This document shows, in pieces, positions 49,393 through 63,190 of a DNA stretch of 64,000 nucleotides. Source of the DNA: Camelus ferus (taxonomy: Eukaryota). The first letter of the stretch is position 1; every line of letters starts with the position of its first letter. A program made the translations under genes and the position numbers. The stretch is from the NCBI RefSeq assembly GCF_009834535.1, contig NC_045707.1, forward strand, positions 50,842,001 through 50,906,000. The letters run 5' to 3'. Under the pieces are notes generated by a model. It did no database searches. It was not told the DNA's origin and was given only the letters and a program-made list of their open reading frames with translations.

Positions 49393-52300
49393 TTGGCAGT
49401 TTCTAGGCAATATCCAAAGTGAGAAATATTGTATTACTTGCTATTATTTGATATCTCCTATGTTTGTAGCTAATAATTTATTATTATAAAATTATTTCTC
49501 TAATCTCTAATGACTCTTTTTAGCTCTAACATTCTCATCCAATAGTTCATGAGTTTTAAAGCTCAGAGTCTCTATTTTCTTTTCTTTTTTTAAGGAGAAG
49601 GAGTTTACATGGAGTTTTATTAGAGTGAAAGGTTTGTGAGGGTTCAGTAGTTTAAAATGGAAAAAAAAAATGGGTTGGTACTCTTCCCACTTCTGGAAAT
49701 ATTCAGAGAGGCTTTCTTAGTCAATTTTCTTCATCTCATCTTGAGGACTTCTGTGATAAGGGATAGTGTAATGATTTGGAGACTGATTTTTTTTTGATGA
49801 CCACAGGGTTTCCAGTCCTCTTTCCTTTAAATCTGTATGATTTTAACTAGTCCATTAAGTTGTACTCAGTAGGGTTTAAGCAGAAGGCAACTTTATTGTT
49901 TCTCAACAACTTCCATTAAACTTACTCTGCTGGCTCCTTCTTCTATCCTGCATAAAGTCTCCAGAAGATACCACAGCTTTTAAGATACTACCTGGTGTGA
50001 AAACATAATCTCATTTTTTTTCTATAATAACAAGTCCAGTTCAACCCACAATGGAAACTTAACTTTCTAAGTCTTAGCTGTTTTTGGCCTTTTCCCTTCC
50101 CCAGCACAGGCTTACCCCAGGCTGTGGAGAGTGGTGATACAGTCTTTTTCATCATTTCCCTACTTTGCTCTTCCACTCCTTTCTCCTAACACTGAGTCCT
50201 CCTGGCAGCGGGAAGGAAGAGATCGAAGGAGACAGACAGTTCTTATTAGTCTTGTTTGACAGTAATCAGGCGTTGACGATTTCTGGGTATGTCAGATGAC
50301 CAAATGCTTTTTTCATGTGGTATTTCTGGGGCCCCTTGGAGATCATCTTGCTGGGATTTTGAATTGCTGCTCCCTGGCACTTGTGATATTTCCTCTAGCC
50401 AGCCAGATATGATTGCTCTCTAGCCCCTAGCCTGTGGCGATCCATCCTCTTATGTTAAAGGTTCGCCCTCCAGGAAGACTTTTTATGGGAAATCTGCCTA
50501 TGGGGCTCAAAATAGACTACTTAACAAGGGTCACCTCTAGTCCATAGGAAAAACAAACAAACAAACAAAAAACATGTCTTTGTTTCAATGTTCATGGAAG
50601 TTCCCTTTGCTCCTTCTCAAATTCTCTCTCTTCCCTTGGCATTTGGCAGACACTTCCAGTCATTTAGCATTTCCAGATATGAGCTAGGTTCTAGTTTTTA
50701 TGTTTTCCTGAATCTCAGAATTCATAGGCCAAACATTTTTAGTGGCTTCCTGACGTCTGCTTCTCTCGAGAAGACTTCCTCAAACTGAGGAATTTAATAA
50801 GAAATGGGGTCACTCTCTTTAAATAATCCTCACTCTCCCCATCACTTCCTATTGAATTCTTCTTTCATACACATTGGCAGAACTGTTTTTTTTTTTTTTT
50901 TGCCACTACCTTTATAAATGGTCCATCCTGCTTTAACCCTGGGAGCACTTTATACATATTATTCTCAGCTTTGGGGCATTGACCTAAACTTCCAGAAAGA
51001 GCCATAGTTTGATATCCTATTACACTTCTCCAAATGCTCTATTGCCATCATAGTGCCTTGCAAGTTGAAAGTCAAAGTTCACCTGAAATCAGTGTAACTG
51101 CCAGCACCCTAAGAGCGCGTATTTAGAAAGCACCCATCCACTGCCTGATCTTGCTGTTTAGTTTCATTAAAAGAAAAGGAAATACAAGACTATTTCCTGA
51201 GGGAGGCTTCCAGAGAGAGAGTTCTGCTGCCTGAGGTTGACTAAGTAAACCCTTGTACAACTCTGAATTGTTTTAAAATACAGTGGATTAGAGAAAACGC
51301 TTGTTAGAATCACTCTTCCAAATACAGGGAATTTGCCACTGTTCACTTAAGAGTTTTCCTTTTTCAGTATATATGTCATCCAGATTAAGGAGGCTTAAAT
51401 TTTTGGTACTTCTTTATCCAAATTCATGATTTATTGAATCAGTGAACTGCAAATAAAAACAGATAATTCACGTCTAATACATGCAGAATCTCGTCGGGTT
51501 GAGAAAACAAAAGGGATTTACTGATTGAAAGGCTCATAAGATTATAATGGATAACAAACGATGCTATATATCTTTACAAAACATGTAATGTGAGATTCTA
51601 TACATGAGGCATTACTAAAAAAAAAAAAGCTTAAAACAAGTATTCTTGATTAAACGCGTAAAGGCACGTGATTTGGTGAGCATGCGGGGGGCATAGAGGT
51701 TGGCTGCCACCCACGAAGACCTGGATCAAAGGCTGTATCTTGATGCAGAACCTTGATCTTCACAAAGGCACCTCAGGATATGGAGAAGCTGCGATGTCAA
51801 CTTATAAACTTGCTGAGTCAAAATTCTATATTAGATTCAGCTTTCCCATTGGACTCATATTATACAATTAAAGAGTATTCTTCCAGGAAGAGAAATCTAT
51901 CTAATTTATACTTATGAACAATACCTCTTAAAATACTCAGAGTTCGAGACGTTACTGGTCCCAATAATATGACTCAAAGTGAGATACAGAACCTAAAATA
52001 AAATATATATACTCAAAATTAGGCACTGTCAGGTGAGATGGAAGTGGCCAAGCAGCAGAGAGTACTTTGGTGGTAGCAAATTCAAATCATTTTTATTTTG
52101 TCCAAATTTCCAGTCTGCTTTTCTTCTCTTTTCTCTAGATATCTACTTGGTCATTCTTTCATACTTTTTCCATACTTCAAGACCCTCTATCGTCTCCAGC
52201 ATCTTAAAACTCAACTTGCTCTCTCTCTCATGTCCTATTTCCTCAACAGTCGGTCAAGGATCAATCATGTTTATGTGGTAAACTATTTCATGCTAAAATG

Positions 52301-52529
52301 TTCATGGTTGGCTAAAGCTTTATGTCATTTACTTCATCTGACAAATTGTGTGGGTGTTTTTTGTAACTTCTGTAAAGATTATGACTAAATAATAAAAATT
52401 TCAGTCACTTACCATGCAAGCTGGTAAGGAAGATGTTTTGGGAACAGTACTTTGGGTAGACTATAGAGTGTATTTTTTATGGGGCATCAACTCTACTTGT
52501 GAGATCTTTGGTGATAAGAAGTGATGTAA

Positions 52530-52780
52530 GGGGCTAAGGGTATAGACTTAGGAGCCAGAACATTTATGTTCAAGTTCTCACTCTGCCACTCACTTGCTAC
52601 GTGAATGCAGAAGCTATTTCCCTCTGTGTCTCTATTAGGGTTTTATAATGCCTACCTCATAGAATTCTTGTGAGGATAAATAAATGAACACATATGAAAA
52701 TGATCTGAATGGTACCTGGCACATCCTCAGTGCTACCTGTGTGTATACTATTGTTGTTGTTGTTATTGTTATTATTATTA
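52530..52780 (+). mobile_element. MIR SINE with (TTG/TTA)n tail
   Basis: 'ggagccagaac...ctctgccactcacttgct...cctacctcatagaattcttgtgaggataaataa'. Confidence 0.88.
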
Positions 52781-53574
52781 AGTAAGACTATACCAAGTAC
52801 AGTGCTTAGAATAGAGATTGGTACCTAGGGAGCACATAATAAGCTATTGAGCTCCACCTCTGTGTGTATATTTACATGTATACTTGTACAGCTCTGATTA
52901 TAACTGAAGAATATTTAATGAGCAGTCAGATTTACTAGTTGTTATCATGACTTTTAAACCATTCACTAATTGACTGTTCTATTAATTTCTTTATTCAAAA
53001 TAAGTTACCGAATATCCCATAAATGTCAGGCATTATGCTAACCACTGGGGATTGAAGGATACTTCATATCAACAACAGGAAATGGGGTAAGGAGGAAGGG
53101 GAGAGAGTCAGGGAATAATGACAAATATAAACACGGGCAAAACGATGAAGTGATAAATGTTCTGGAATCAGCATCTCTGAACAAAGCTGCCCAGGAAATG
53201 AAGAAGAGTTCAAAAGCTCAGATGACCCAATAAATTGTTTAAAACATTAAAAGGTATAGATTATTTAAAAATAGCTATATTTATAAGCAGGAGGGAAGTA
53301 ATTGCTTCGGAGAGAGTATAGATGCCCCAAAGAAGAAGATCAAAGAAGCCATCTGCTTCGAGAATTAGGAGAAAACATCCAGAAGGGAAGGAACTTTTTT
53401 TTTCTTTAAGTACTGGAGAGGTATTGAGATAAGATTAAAAAAAATGCAAAATTTGGATTCAGCTTAAAAGATCTCAGTTAATGCTGAGTACATACATAGA
53501 GTTAAGACTGAAGTTCAAGGAGAGGAAAGGTATATTAAATGACCCTCTGGGGAAGCTTAGTTTAGAGACAAGAT

Positions 53575-53730
53575 GGACAGGGCTGAGAGTTAGCGCTCAG
53601 TTCTAACCTGAGCTTAGCTGGGTGGCTCCTGACTAGCCATTTCTGCTCTCTGAGGCTTATTTTCCTCAAAGGTAAAATCCAGTTGAACTCTGAAAGTTCT
53701 AAATCCCCTTCCAACTGCAGGATTCTGTAA
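53575..53730 (+). mobile_element. MIR (MIR3-like) fragment
   Basis: 'ctctctgaggcttattttcctc...ctaaatccccttccaact..gattct'. Confidence 0.65.
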
Positions 53731-54254
53731 CTGCTGACAATTAGAAAAGTGCCACAAAACAGTGATATTTTATGGAAGGTGATCAGTCTACATGTATGCT
53801 ACATAAATGAGGACCAAACTAAATGTACTCATCAGCAAGTTTGAAGTTCCTGTAGCAAATGCTTATGGATCCTTGGTAAGTTCATAAAAAGCATTCCTCC
53901 AGCTGTTTTTGAGTGAGGCTGGCAATCCTTCACAAACTGTCTTGACAGGATGCTGACCTGTACTACACTGATCGTAGGTAAGCTGGCGAGTGGTCCAGAA
54001 AGTGCAGAGAATCATTTTAGAAGATCGGCTGATGCATATGGGAATCACATCCCACTTCTGGAAGGCATGAAACTTACAATGTCTGCATTATTTCACCTCC
54101 ATTGGAGCTGTGGTACTCACAATCACCTCCTTATTTGCAAGTGAGGAAAATGCTCAGATTTATGAAGTTATGTTGCCCAAATGGGTACAGTTAGTTAGTG
54201 ATAGACTCCTAGCTTGTGAGTAATTACAAGGAGATATAATGCTTTGTACCAGAG

Positions 54255-55015
54255 AGAATGAGGTTCTGCATTAGGAGATAAAGATCTTAAAAATAGTGAC
54301 TTATACAAGTTTATTTCTCATTCATATAAAATAAATTCAGAGGTAGGCCTTCCAGAGGAATACAGAAGCTTCACATTGTTAGGGACCCAGGCTCCTTTTA
54401 TTTTTCTGCTCTACTGAATGTGGTTTGCATCTTAAAACTCACTGCACTATCCAAGAGAACTGCTGGAGCTCCAGCCATTGTATTTGCATCCCAGGAAGCT
54501 TGAAAAAAGAAAGAAGGTAAGAGCACCCTTGCCTTTTGAGGATGCTTGCTAGCAATAAAATATACTTTCCACCTATATCTTATGGCCAAAATTTAACATA
54601 ATCACTATGTCTAGCTACAAAGTAGACTGGAAAATTTAATCTTTTAGCTGGATAGTAATGTGACTGACAAAAAGTTGGTGTTCTTACCACTAAGGAGTAA
54701 GTATAGAATACACACTGAAAGATAACTAGCATTTTGGTAGTCTTCCATTGTGTCATATCAGTTGTGAATTAGCTTGGCACTCTACTCCATCTCATCTTCA
54801 TGCAATAATACAGGCTGATAAAGCCACTACTGTCTGGAGTGTAGCTTGTTCCTCGGGCCAGGAAGGGAGCACACATCACTTCTACTCACTTCCACTGGCC
54901 AGCGGAAGCCACGTGGTCACGTCTGATTTCAAGGGGGCAGAGAAATGCAGTTTCATCATGTGCTTTGATGGAGAAAAAAGAGGATATTTGTGATGAGGTC
55001 TGATGACTACCATAG
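54255..55015 (-). mobile_element. Old MaLR LTR fragments (MLT1J/K/L-like)
   Basis: 'agtttatttctcattcatataa', 'ctgctggagctccagccatt', 'cttctactcacttccactggccag'. Confidence 0.65.
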
Positions 55016-55139
55016 GCACTTGCCTCACAGAATCAGTTACTCTAAGATTCTAGATCAAAATATTGAAGGAACAGATAAATGGCTAGTCGAGAAGTATCAA
55101 CCACAGCAAGGGCATGAGGATTTCTTCTAAAGGAAAACC

Positions 55140-55310
55140 TTAGTGCTTTTCAGAATCACAATCTAATTATTAGTTTAAAAATGCAGATTTCTTGACACTA
55201 GCCCAAGTGAATCTGATTCTTTAGGTTGTGGACGGGGCCCAGAACTCTTTATATAACAAACACCTCAGAAGATTCTCAGCCATGTGACCATCCTTTGAGT
55301 AAAACTGCAT
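55140..55310. mobile_element. MER5-like hAT-Charlie MITE
   Basis: 'tttaaaaatgcagatttct...ggggcccagaactc...aacaaacacctcagaagattct'. Confidence 0.7.
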
Positions 55311-55574
55311 AGCAGGTATCAGAATAGCCAAAACAAAATCACTTCACTAAAAAAATAAAAGCCCAATAGAACATTGATTCAAGGCATTTTTAGATGATGA
55401 AGATCAAGTTGCTTTTGAGATTGGGAGATAATAAAGTAATTTTTCATACTATGCAAACACTGGGATATAATTCGTATTCAATCTCGATTTGTGATGATTA
55501 TTTAAAGCCATTATCCTTTATTTCTGGTTTATTTTTGTTTACCAAACTACTCACTCTAAAATACGAAAAGTGGT

Positions 55575-55780
55575 TATAAACACTGGCTTTGGTGTCAGCA
55601 GACCCATGTCTGAATATCAGATCCACCAGTCAGTCCTTACGTAAACTTGAGCAAGTTTATACTTTGTTTGAGGCTCAGATTCCCCAAAATTGGGACAGTA
55701 TTGTCTTCCTTAAAGTTTTGTTACAAGAAATAAATGAAATACTGTATGTGAAATACTTAGTACCGGCACTAATTTAGTAT
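55575..55780 (+). mobile_element. MIR SINE
   Basis: 'ctggctttggtgtcagcagacc...ttgagcaagttt...gtatgtgaaatacttag'. Confidence 0.8.
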
Positions 55781-57849
55781 GGCTAAGCAAGAAGAATTAG
55801 TTAGAAATTAATGAGCTTCTTCCAACAGTCACTGTCAACATGTTTAGTAATTTAAAGATTCTGTGGGTGCTAGTATTAAAGAAATTCATATTATTTAATC
55901 TGATGTTGGCAGTTTAAATAAAGTTCAGTGTTGCTTGTGAATGCCTTATATTAATTTAGAATAACGAACTAATTCTTTAGGCAAAAAAAAAAAAAGATAC
56001 TCAGCATAGGATATCAGTAGACTGCAAAAATTAATTTGTTAGGTAAATATTTTCCCTATGCCATTATTCTTCTGATACGTGTTTGAAAAATCCACAGTAA
56101 GCACAAATGTCTATCATCTTGTTAAGCAAATCTACATTACGCAATGAAAGGAAATAAAATCTCTGAGTACTTTTTCAAGGTCATAAAAGAGAATCAGGAG
56201 TCAGCACGAATAAATAGAAGCCATTTTTGTCTGGGCAAGTGTCGAACTGCCTCAAGAACTGTGTAATCAGAGTGAAGACTTAAAATACTGCTGTTGCATG
56301 TGTGTCAACAGAGGATACACATGCTCCATCCTAGTCACTGGTATCAAATCTGGATCAGATGGCAGGAGAAAACCATTAAGGCCTTGAAGTACAGCCAGTT
56401 CTGCTGCAACAAAGTTTAATGGCCGCCTCCCAACCGTGCCCAGCTGGTCATCTCCTAACAATGGTTGATAACAAAAGCCAGATACCTCCCCAGCTGCTGT
56501 CCAGTAAGCTGGAATGAGTTGTCCAAGGGGCAGGCAGATGAAATTCTATAAAAAGTCACTGAAGGAGAAACTTAAATTGTTCCGTGAGTTTGCTGTTGAC
56601 TGTGGGAAGACTTCGCGGCAGACAAAGGAGCCAACCGTAGGTGTGTGCAGTGTTTTGACAGTAATTAGAGATGAAGAGCTCACTTCCAGGGGAATCGAAA
56701 TACAACCAGTGAGACAAAGTAGGAGGCAGAGGGGGATTTACAGAGAAGCAAATGAAACTTGATCCAACGTTTTCCAAGGCAGTAGTAGAAGCTAGCACTT
56801 GGTTGTTTGTTTTTGTAAAATTTTCAAAAGTATGGGATTTTAACAGCAGTTGAGTGAGATCACTGTCTCTTTCTACCCCACCTTAGGCTCCGTCGCACTT
56901 CCGCTTGTGCAGAGGAGTACTGAAGCCATCGAGGGCACTTTGAGATCCAACTGCAGGGAAGTTGAGTTGGCCACACAGTTAGTTTAAGTTTAGTGGGATA
57001 CAGTTATCACTTCTGGCCGTTATATCAGTTCCTGCTAGCTGTCTTGGTGAAGGAAAATGAGGGATACTCCATTACCTGTGGGCAAGACTCGACTAGAGTC
57101 AATACAAAGAAGTCTGCATTACAGACATGTCCTGTGCTCAGGGCCTGGAGGCGCGTAGGCAGTGGACAGGAGAGAGGTGAGTCTGTGGGCAATTCTTCCT
57201 GGTTGTTAGGTAAAAGGTAACGTGGAGGATTCACTTCTTAAAAATTCCTAGTCAAATAGAAGTTCTCTGCTGTTGGGAATATGCAAAGTATAAAACTGTA
57301 AAAGCACCACACATTTTTATAGAAATTACAACAGAATTTACCAGAATTCCTGTGTTTGGAGAGCCTAAGCTTATAGTTATACAACAAACAGTAAATATGT
57401 CTGTATAGAAAACCTCATATTTTCATTTTAATAAAAAAAAAATGGATCAGCCATACTACAGGAAAAAAGTCTTTGTAGTCTCTCTGTAGAAAATATTATG
57501 AAGCATGTCATATGAAGAGGCAATCAAACAGTATGCAGTTATAACATGCAGGAAAATAAATTTTATAGGTGTGTTTCAGGTAGTTAATTACTATAGCTGT
57601 TTTGTTGTATTTTGTGATTTTTTTTTGTTCTAAATAAATATTTGTCTTGTAGCTAATTTTGTATTTTTTATTTAAAAAGGGCTCCCCTCAAAGGTTTGTT
57701 GCTCTTACTATCAGAGTTTTCAATTATTTCATATTTCCTTTCTTCCTATTTGGTCTATTAAGAGCCTGGTCTCCATATGATAAAACAAGTGATGCCAGTT
57801 TTCTTAAGAAGAATATTTATATATGCATAGAAGTTACATATTCCATATC

Positions 57850-58380
57850 ATTATGTATCTTTGAAATAATATCAAGAATAAGATATATATGTTAAAAAGT
57901 ATACAGAGCATAGGCATATAGCATAATGAACTTTCATGAGTTTGAACAAACTGAACACAACTATTTAACTAGTCCCCAGAAGAAAATTAATAGAATGCCA
58001 GATTCTCCCCTGGTACTCCCCGAAGTCTCTCTACCCTCTTCCAAAGGACAGCCAACTCTCTGACTTCTAATGTCATAGATTCGTTTTCCTTTTTTCCTGA
58101 ACTTTATATAAAAGGGATCATATAATATGTATTCATTTGTGTCTGGCTTCTATATTATTGTTTATAGCTATAATTTGTTTATCATCATGATTGTATAGTG
58201 TTCCATTGCATGAAGAGATCATAATTTACATGATCTGCTATTGATGGTAATTTGGGTAGTCTCCAGCTTGGGACTACTACAGGTGATACTGTTATGAATA
58301 CTATTGAATATGTATGTAAACACATGCACACATTTCAGTTGAGTATATATGCAAGAGAGAACTATTGGCTTATAAATATT
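57850..58380 (-). mobile_element. L1ME-like 3' fragment
   Basis: 'ctctgacttctaatgtcatagatt...gaactttatataaaaggga'. Confidence 0.8.
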
Positions 58381-58564
58381 AAATTTTAAAAACAAAATTA
58401 ATTGCTATGAGTTAGTTTTATTACTGTGTCTTTACATCTCAAACCAAATTAAAACTTATGTGAATTGTTAAATATTACAATGACACTACTGAGTTTAAGT
58501 TTTATTGTGCCTATAGCTTAAGATGATACAAATACAATGTAAGATGATACGTTTTATTTAAAAA

Positions 58565-59009
58565 TGAATAAAGGGAACCTCCTTTAAATTGGATTTGGGA
58601 AGGCTGAAAAGGGGACCTCTCATGCCCTGCCACTCACTGCCATCTGCAGACCCCAAATAGGAAGAGATGTATCTTGCATCTCCAACGGGAAGTTTACTAC
58701 CATGCTACTCCAGCAGGAGGAAAGATTTTCTTCTTGCCTGGCAGTAGCCCAGCCAATGAGAGACTATCACAACTCAGACAATGAAAAGCCACTATACTTC
58801 AAACTCCCAGTTTTCTCCCATGGACTCTTACAACAGTACCTCTCAACTTTCCCATTTTTCCCATAAGAGAACATTCCTCTCCTCTGTTTCTCTGGAGCTG
58901 ACTGTAGTGTTTGTTATGGCGTGCTAGCCCCAAATTGCAATTCTCTGCTATTACTGAGTAAACCCATTTTGCTGCTTAAATAACTGGCTGTTTATTTTTA
59001 CATTCAACA
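58565..59009 (+). mobile_element. ERV solo LTR (~445 bp)
   Basis: TG...CA termini, CCAAT box (agccaatgag at 58751), AGTAAA poly(A)-like signal, 'aattgcaattctctgctatt' R-region phrase. Confidence 0.75.
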
Positions 59010-60014
59010 ATTTAAAAACTCAAGGGCACAAATGGTCAAGATGAATAGAAGAGGCAGAAACAGAGCACATAGTTCTGGGTCTGAAATACTATCTCTTTTA
59101 TTGATGCTCAGAGAGATTTGGGGACCAGACAGGGTGACCCTAAATCTCATTTATACCCATGGTCTTGGCATATTATTAGTAGCACTCCATTTTACTCCAA
59201 AGTCACCTAGGGTAAGGAGAAACACTTGAACCTCTGAGATTACTCGTAGATAACAGACAGAAGGTAAGCAGGAGACACTTTGGACTTTGGGGTTAAAGGC
59301 TAACAATGATTGGTAATTGTTATGTAGATTTTGCAGTCCACCTGGTCTGCTGCTTCATCTCAGGAATGGTATGCACACCGTGTTGAGAGTCACAGTTACA
59401 AGCAAGGGAGAGAGCAATGAAACAGTGCTCAGACGTAGGATGAACAGATGTGAGACATTCACATGGGTGTGGGGACTCGGAAGAGGATGCAGGAGAAAAG
59501 AACAGATTTAAAGCCTGGAATTATTAATTAACAATGGGAAAAAATGACTCATGGGGACACAGAAAGCAGAGCTATGAAAAGAAACAAAATAGTAAATCAC
59601 AGAATTAACTCTTGCTTCAACTTGGGATTTCCATTGTCTGTGAAACAATAAATATGGGAAAAATTAATCCAGAATTATTTTCCTCATCAGAGAGTTCAAT
59701 TCCATGCAACGGTACACTTTTCAAAGTAGAAAGTAGCTGTGGTACTCAAAGAGTTAAAATGACAAAAGCTGAAGTGTTCAGTGTCTTCACTTCACCCAGC
59801 AACGGTTTATAGTTTCATAATATTTTACTTGGGGCCAATGAACTCTAAAATGATCTTGAAAATATTTAGAGCTCCCAGCGTAGTGGGTTCCAGCTCTTGC
59901 TTTTTATCGTGCAAATTAACACTGCATACTGAGAAAATATTTGCAAAATTAAATGTTGATATTAAAAAACAAAATTTGATTCTATGTTGTGTTAGCTGCC
60001 AATAGATATATATG

Positions 60015-60490
60015 GTATCCCTACTATGTGTTGGGGTGTTCCACGTATTGCACAGGAAGAAACTCTATGTAGTATTATAACTCTTATTTTACAAAAAAAT
60101 TTTTTTTTCTAAAGGAAGCTAAGGAAAACAAAAGTTGAAATTACTTGCTCATATTCATACAGGTTTACAAGATGAAGAAACTTTGATTTAAACCCAGGTT
60201 GCTGGACCCTAGAGCCCAAACACTCAGCCACTCTAACTCCATGAGCAAAGCTGTGGCAGGTGAGGATTCAGGTAGTTCCCACAGCAATCAAGTGGATCTA
60301 GAACACTTAGAGCAGAAGACGGTGGAACGAATGTGGGCATGGGGTCATACTGAATTCACTTCTTCCATTTATTAGTTACATGATCTTGGACGCTTAGCTT
60401 CTGGGGACTTGTTTCCTCTTCTAAAAAATGAAGGTAATAATAGGGTTTTCATGAGAATTAAATTATTTAATCTACAGAAAATGGCTACTG
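60015..60490. mobile_element. Two MIR fragments (60015-60240 minus, 60300-60490 plus)
   Basis: 'gatttaaacccagg...agagcccaaacactcagccact'; 'catgatcttgg...gtttcctcttctaaaaaatga'. Confidence 0.7.
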
Positions 60491-61339
60491 CCATACAGTT
60501 ATTTGGCTTCCAGAAAATTCCTCCCCTTCCTTCACCTTCTTTAGGCAAAGAAACAGCCTCATGCCATTGCGTGTTCTAAGCTTTTACCTCAAGACAGATG
60601 AACACTATTCACCCTCCCCCAGGGATTTGTCCATTGTTCTTAAACACTCTCCAGGAACAGAGTTGGTATTTTATCACCTGCCAGTTCAGACAGTTTACCT
60701 CAAGGCTAATTACATTTCCTGATTAAATTTTGAGCCCATTTTTCTTTTACTGATTTTCATCTAACACAAGGAAAAATGACAATGTTCCCTCTTAAAGCTT
60801 TTTCCTCTAACCATTTTGAACTCATGGAAATTATCTTCATTCAATAAATACTTAAGACTTATCTTCTCCTATGTTTTTTCCTAGCCAGACCTTTCATAAG
60901 CTGCATTTATCTGTATTTTGTACTTGGAATCTGCTGCAGTTTCTTCTAGGTCCAGCTCAAGTAGCCTAACTTGTAGGTTTCCCTGATTGCTTCCGCAAGC
61001 ACATCTTATGCATTCCCCTGTGGGCAGGTGACACACTGTAGAACTGGTTTACCCATAACTTCCCACTCAGGACTTAGAGCAACTTGAAGACAAAGATAGT
61101 GTAGTCTCCATGGGTTTAGGGCTGAACCTGGTCCATGGCAATGATGCCAGTTTGTTCAATTAACTTTGTTGCATCAACAAATGACTACATTACAATTAAG
61201 AAAAAAGTCACAAGTTAAGTTTATAATCTAGGTTTCATGTATTTCATGAGTTCTCTTGGCTCCAATATTAGCAGCTCTACTCAAAGATTAATGTTCAAGT
61301 TTCCCTCTGGTTAATACCAGATAGTCATAGTGGTACGTA

Positions 61340-61744
61340 TATTATTTAAGGTACAATAAGATGCAGTAACAAGGGGTTCATAAAAAATGTAATGGTTCAA
61401 TGAATATTAAAGTTCATGTCACAACCCAGGTTAGATGTTCCATGTCTCTTTATATTGCCAGTCAGGAACCCGGCTGACATAGGCTCTACCATCTTCAACC
61501 CTTTCTCTTCCAAGCTTGCTCTCTTCATTGCCAATTTAGCCAGAAGGAGAGAAAAGGGGCATGGAGAACTATGCTTGCAATTTTATAGGAGATTGGTTGA
61601 AAGTATGGAAATGAAACTCATACACTTTCGTCCACATTTCACTGGTGAGATCTTAGACATATGTCCACTCCTAGCTGCAAGGAAGTCTGAAAATTGTAGT
61701 CCATGGCTTGGCAGCTACATCCTAGCCACAACTCTATTACTTAA
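61340..61744 (-). mobile_element. Old MaLR LTR fragment, interrupted by the LTR at 61745
   Basis: 'ccacatttcactggtgag...cactcctagctgcaaggaagtctgaaattgtagtc'. Confidence 0.65.
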
Positions 61745-62127
61745 TGTTATGGGCTCAATTATACGCCCCCCAAACTCTAAGGTTAAAATCCTAACCCTCA
61801 ATATCTCAGAATGTGACTGTATTTGGAAATAGAATCTTTAAAGAGATGATCAAGTTAAAATGAGGCCATTAGGGTGGGACCTAATCCAACATGACAAATG
61901 TCCTTATAATAAGAGAAAATTATGACCGACACACACAGAGTGAAGACCATGTGAAGACACAGGGACCAAGTAGCCCTTCACAAGCCAAAGGAGAGAGGCC
62001 ACGGAAGAAACCAACTTGCTGAAACCATGGTTTAGAACTTCTAGCCTCTAGAATCATGAGACAGTAAGTTTCTGTTTAAGCTGTCCAGTCTGTGGTACTT
62101 GTATGGCAGCCCTAGCACAGTAATATA
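61745..62127 (+). mobile_element. MaLR solo LTR (MLT1B-like)
   Basis: 'tgttatgggct...gaatgtgactgtatttggaaatag...gtttaagctgtccagtctgtggtacttgtatggcagccctagca'. Confidence 0.9.
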
Positions 62128-62200
62128 CTAAGGAGGAAGGACAAATTTTGGAGGACGACCAGCAGTGTCTGTTGCATTACGTGAACTATAAATTGGTTAC

Positions 62201-62555
62201 TGTCTTAGTTTGGGCAGCTATAACAAACTGCCATAGACTGGGTAACTTAAGCATTAAACAACTATTTCTCACAGTACTGGAGGCTGGAAGTTGGAGATGA
62301 GGGTGCTGGCATGGTCAGGTTCTCATGAGAGCTCTCTTCTGGGCTGCAGACAGCTGGATTCTCCTAGTATCCTCACGTGGCAGAAAGAGAGCCAGCTAGC
62401 TGCTTATAAAGGCACTAATCCCATTCATGAAGGCTCCACCCTCATTATCTAATTACCTCCCAATGGTCCCACCTCCAAATACCATAACATTAAGATTAAA
62501 ATTTCAGCATACAAATTTTGGGCAGTAGAGGGACACAAACATTCAGTTCATAATA
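62201..62555 (-). mobile_element. MaLR solo LTR (MLT1A-like)
   Basis: Similar to 36019-36357; TSD GTTAC/ATTAC. Confidence 0.9.
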
Positions 62556-62604
62556 ATTACTATGCCATCCGTGAATTTAGTTAGGAGTTATAAATTGTTT
62601 ATAC

Positions 62605-63190
62605 ACAAAGACCTCCTGCTTGGTCCCCTGCCCTTCAACAGTCAGTGGTCTTTTTAAAAACATAAATTAGATTATTTTACTTTCCTGTGTGAAAACCTCA
62701 AATGATTTCCCATTTCATCCAGCACAAAACTGCACGCACGTCCTTTTGCCTTACAAGGACTGACAGGATCTGGCCCTCTACCATCTCCAACCTTGGCTTC
62801 TATGACGCTTCTCTTCATTCATTTTGCTCCAGACACATTAGTCTTCCAAGCACGTTCTCACCTCAGGGCTTAGCTGTTTTCTTTCTAGGAATGCTCTTTC
62901 CCAAGAGAGCCACCTAACACTTTTTTACTTACTTTGGGTGTCTGCTTAAAAGCTATTTAATAGAGAGGCCTTCCCTGACTATAAAACAACAACCATCCCT
63001 ATGTCTATGCAGCACTCTTCTCAACCTTACCCTACTTTATTCATCCCCAAAACACCTGTGATCTCGTGTGTCTCTTAGGTACTTACTTGCCCTGCCTTCT
63101 AGGATGCACCATGAGTCCACAGAGTTTGGCTTGTTCCCTCCCCAGCACCTGGAATAGCTCAGAGAAACCTCCGCTGATTGGATACATCTA
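62605..63190 (+). mobile_element. L2 3' region
   Basis: 'ctcacctcagggc...ctaggaatgctctttccc...gagaggccttccctgact'. Confidence 0.85.

Noticed and set aside
61416..61832. 138-aa ORF
   Set aside because: Spans two MaLR LTR fragments; no coding signature
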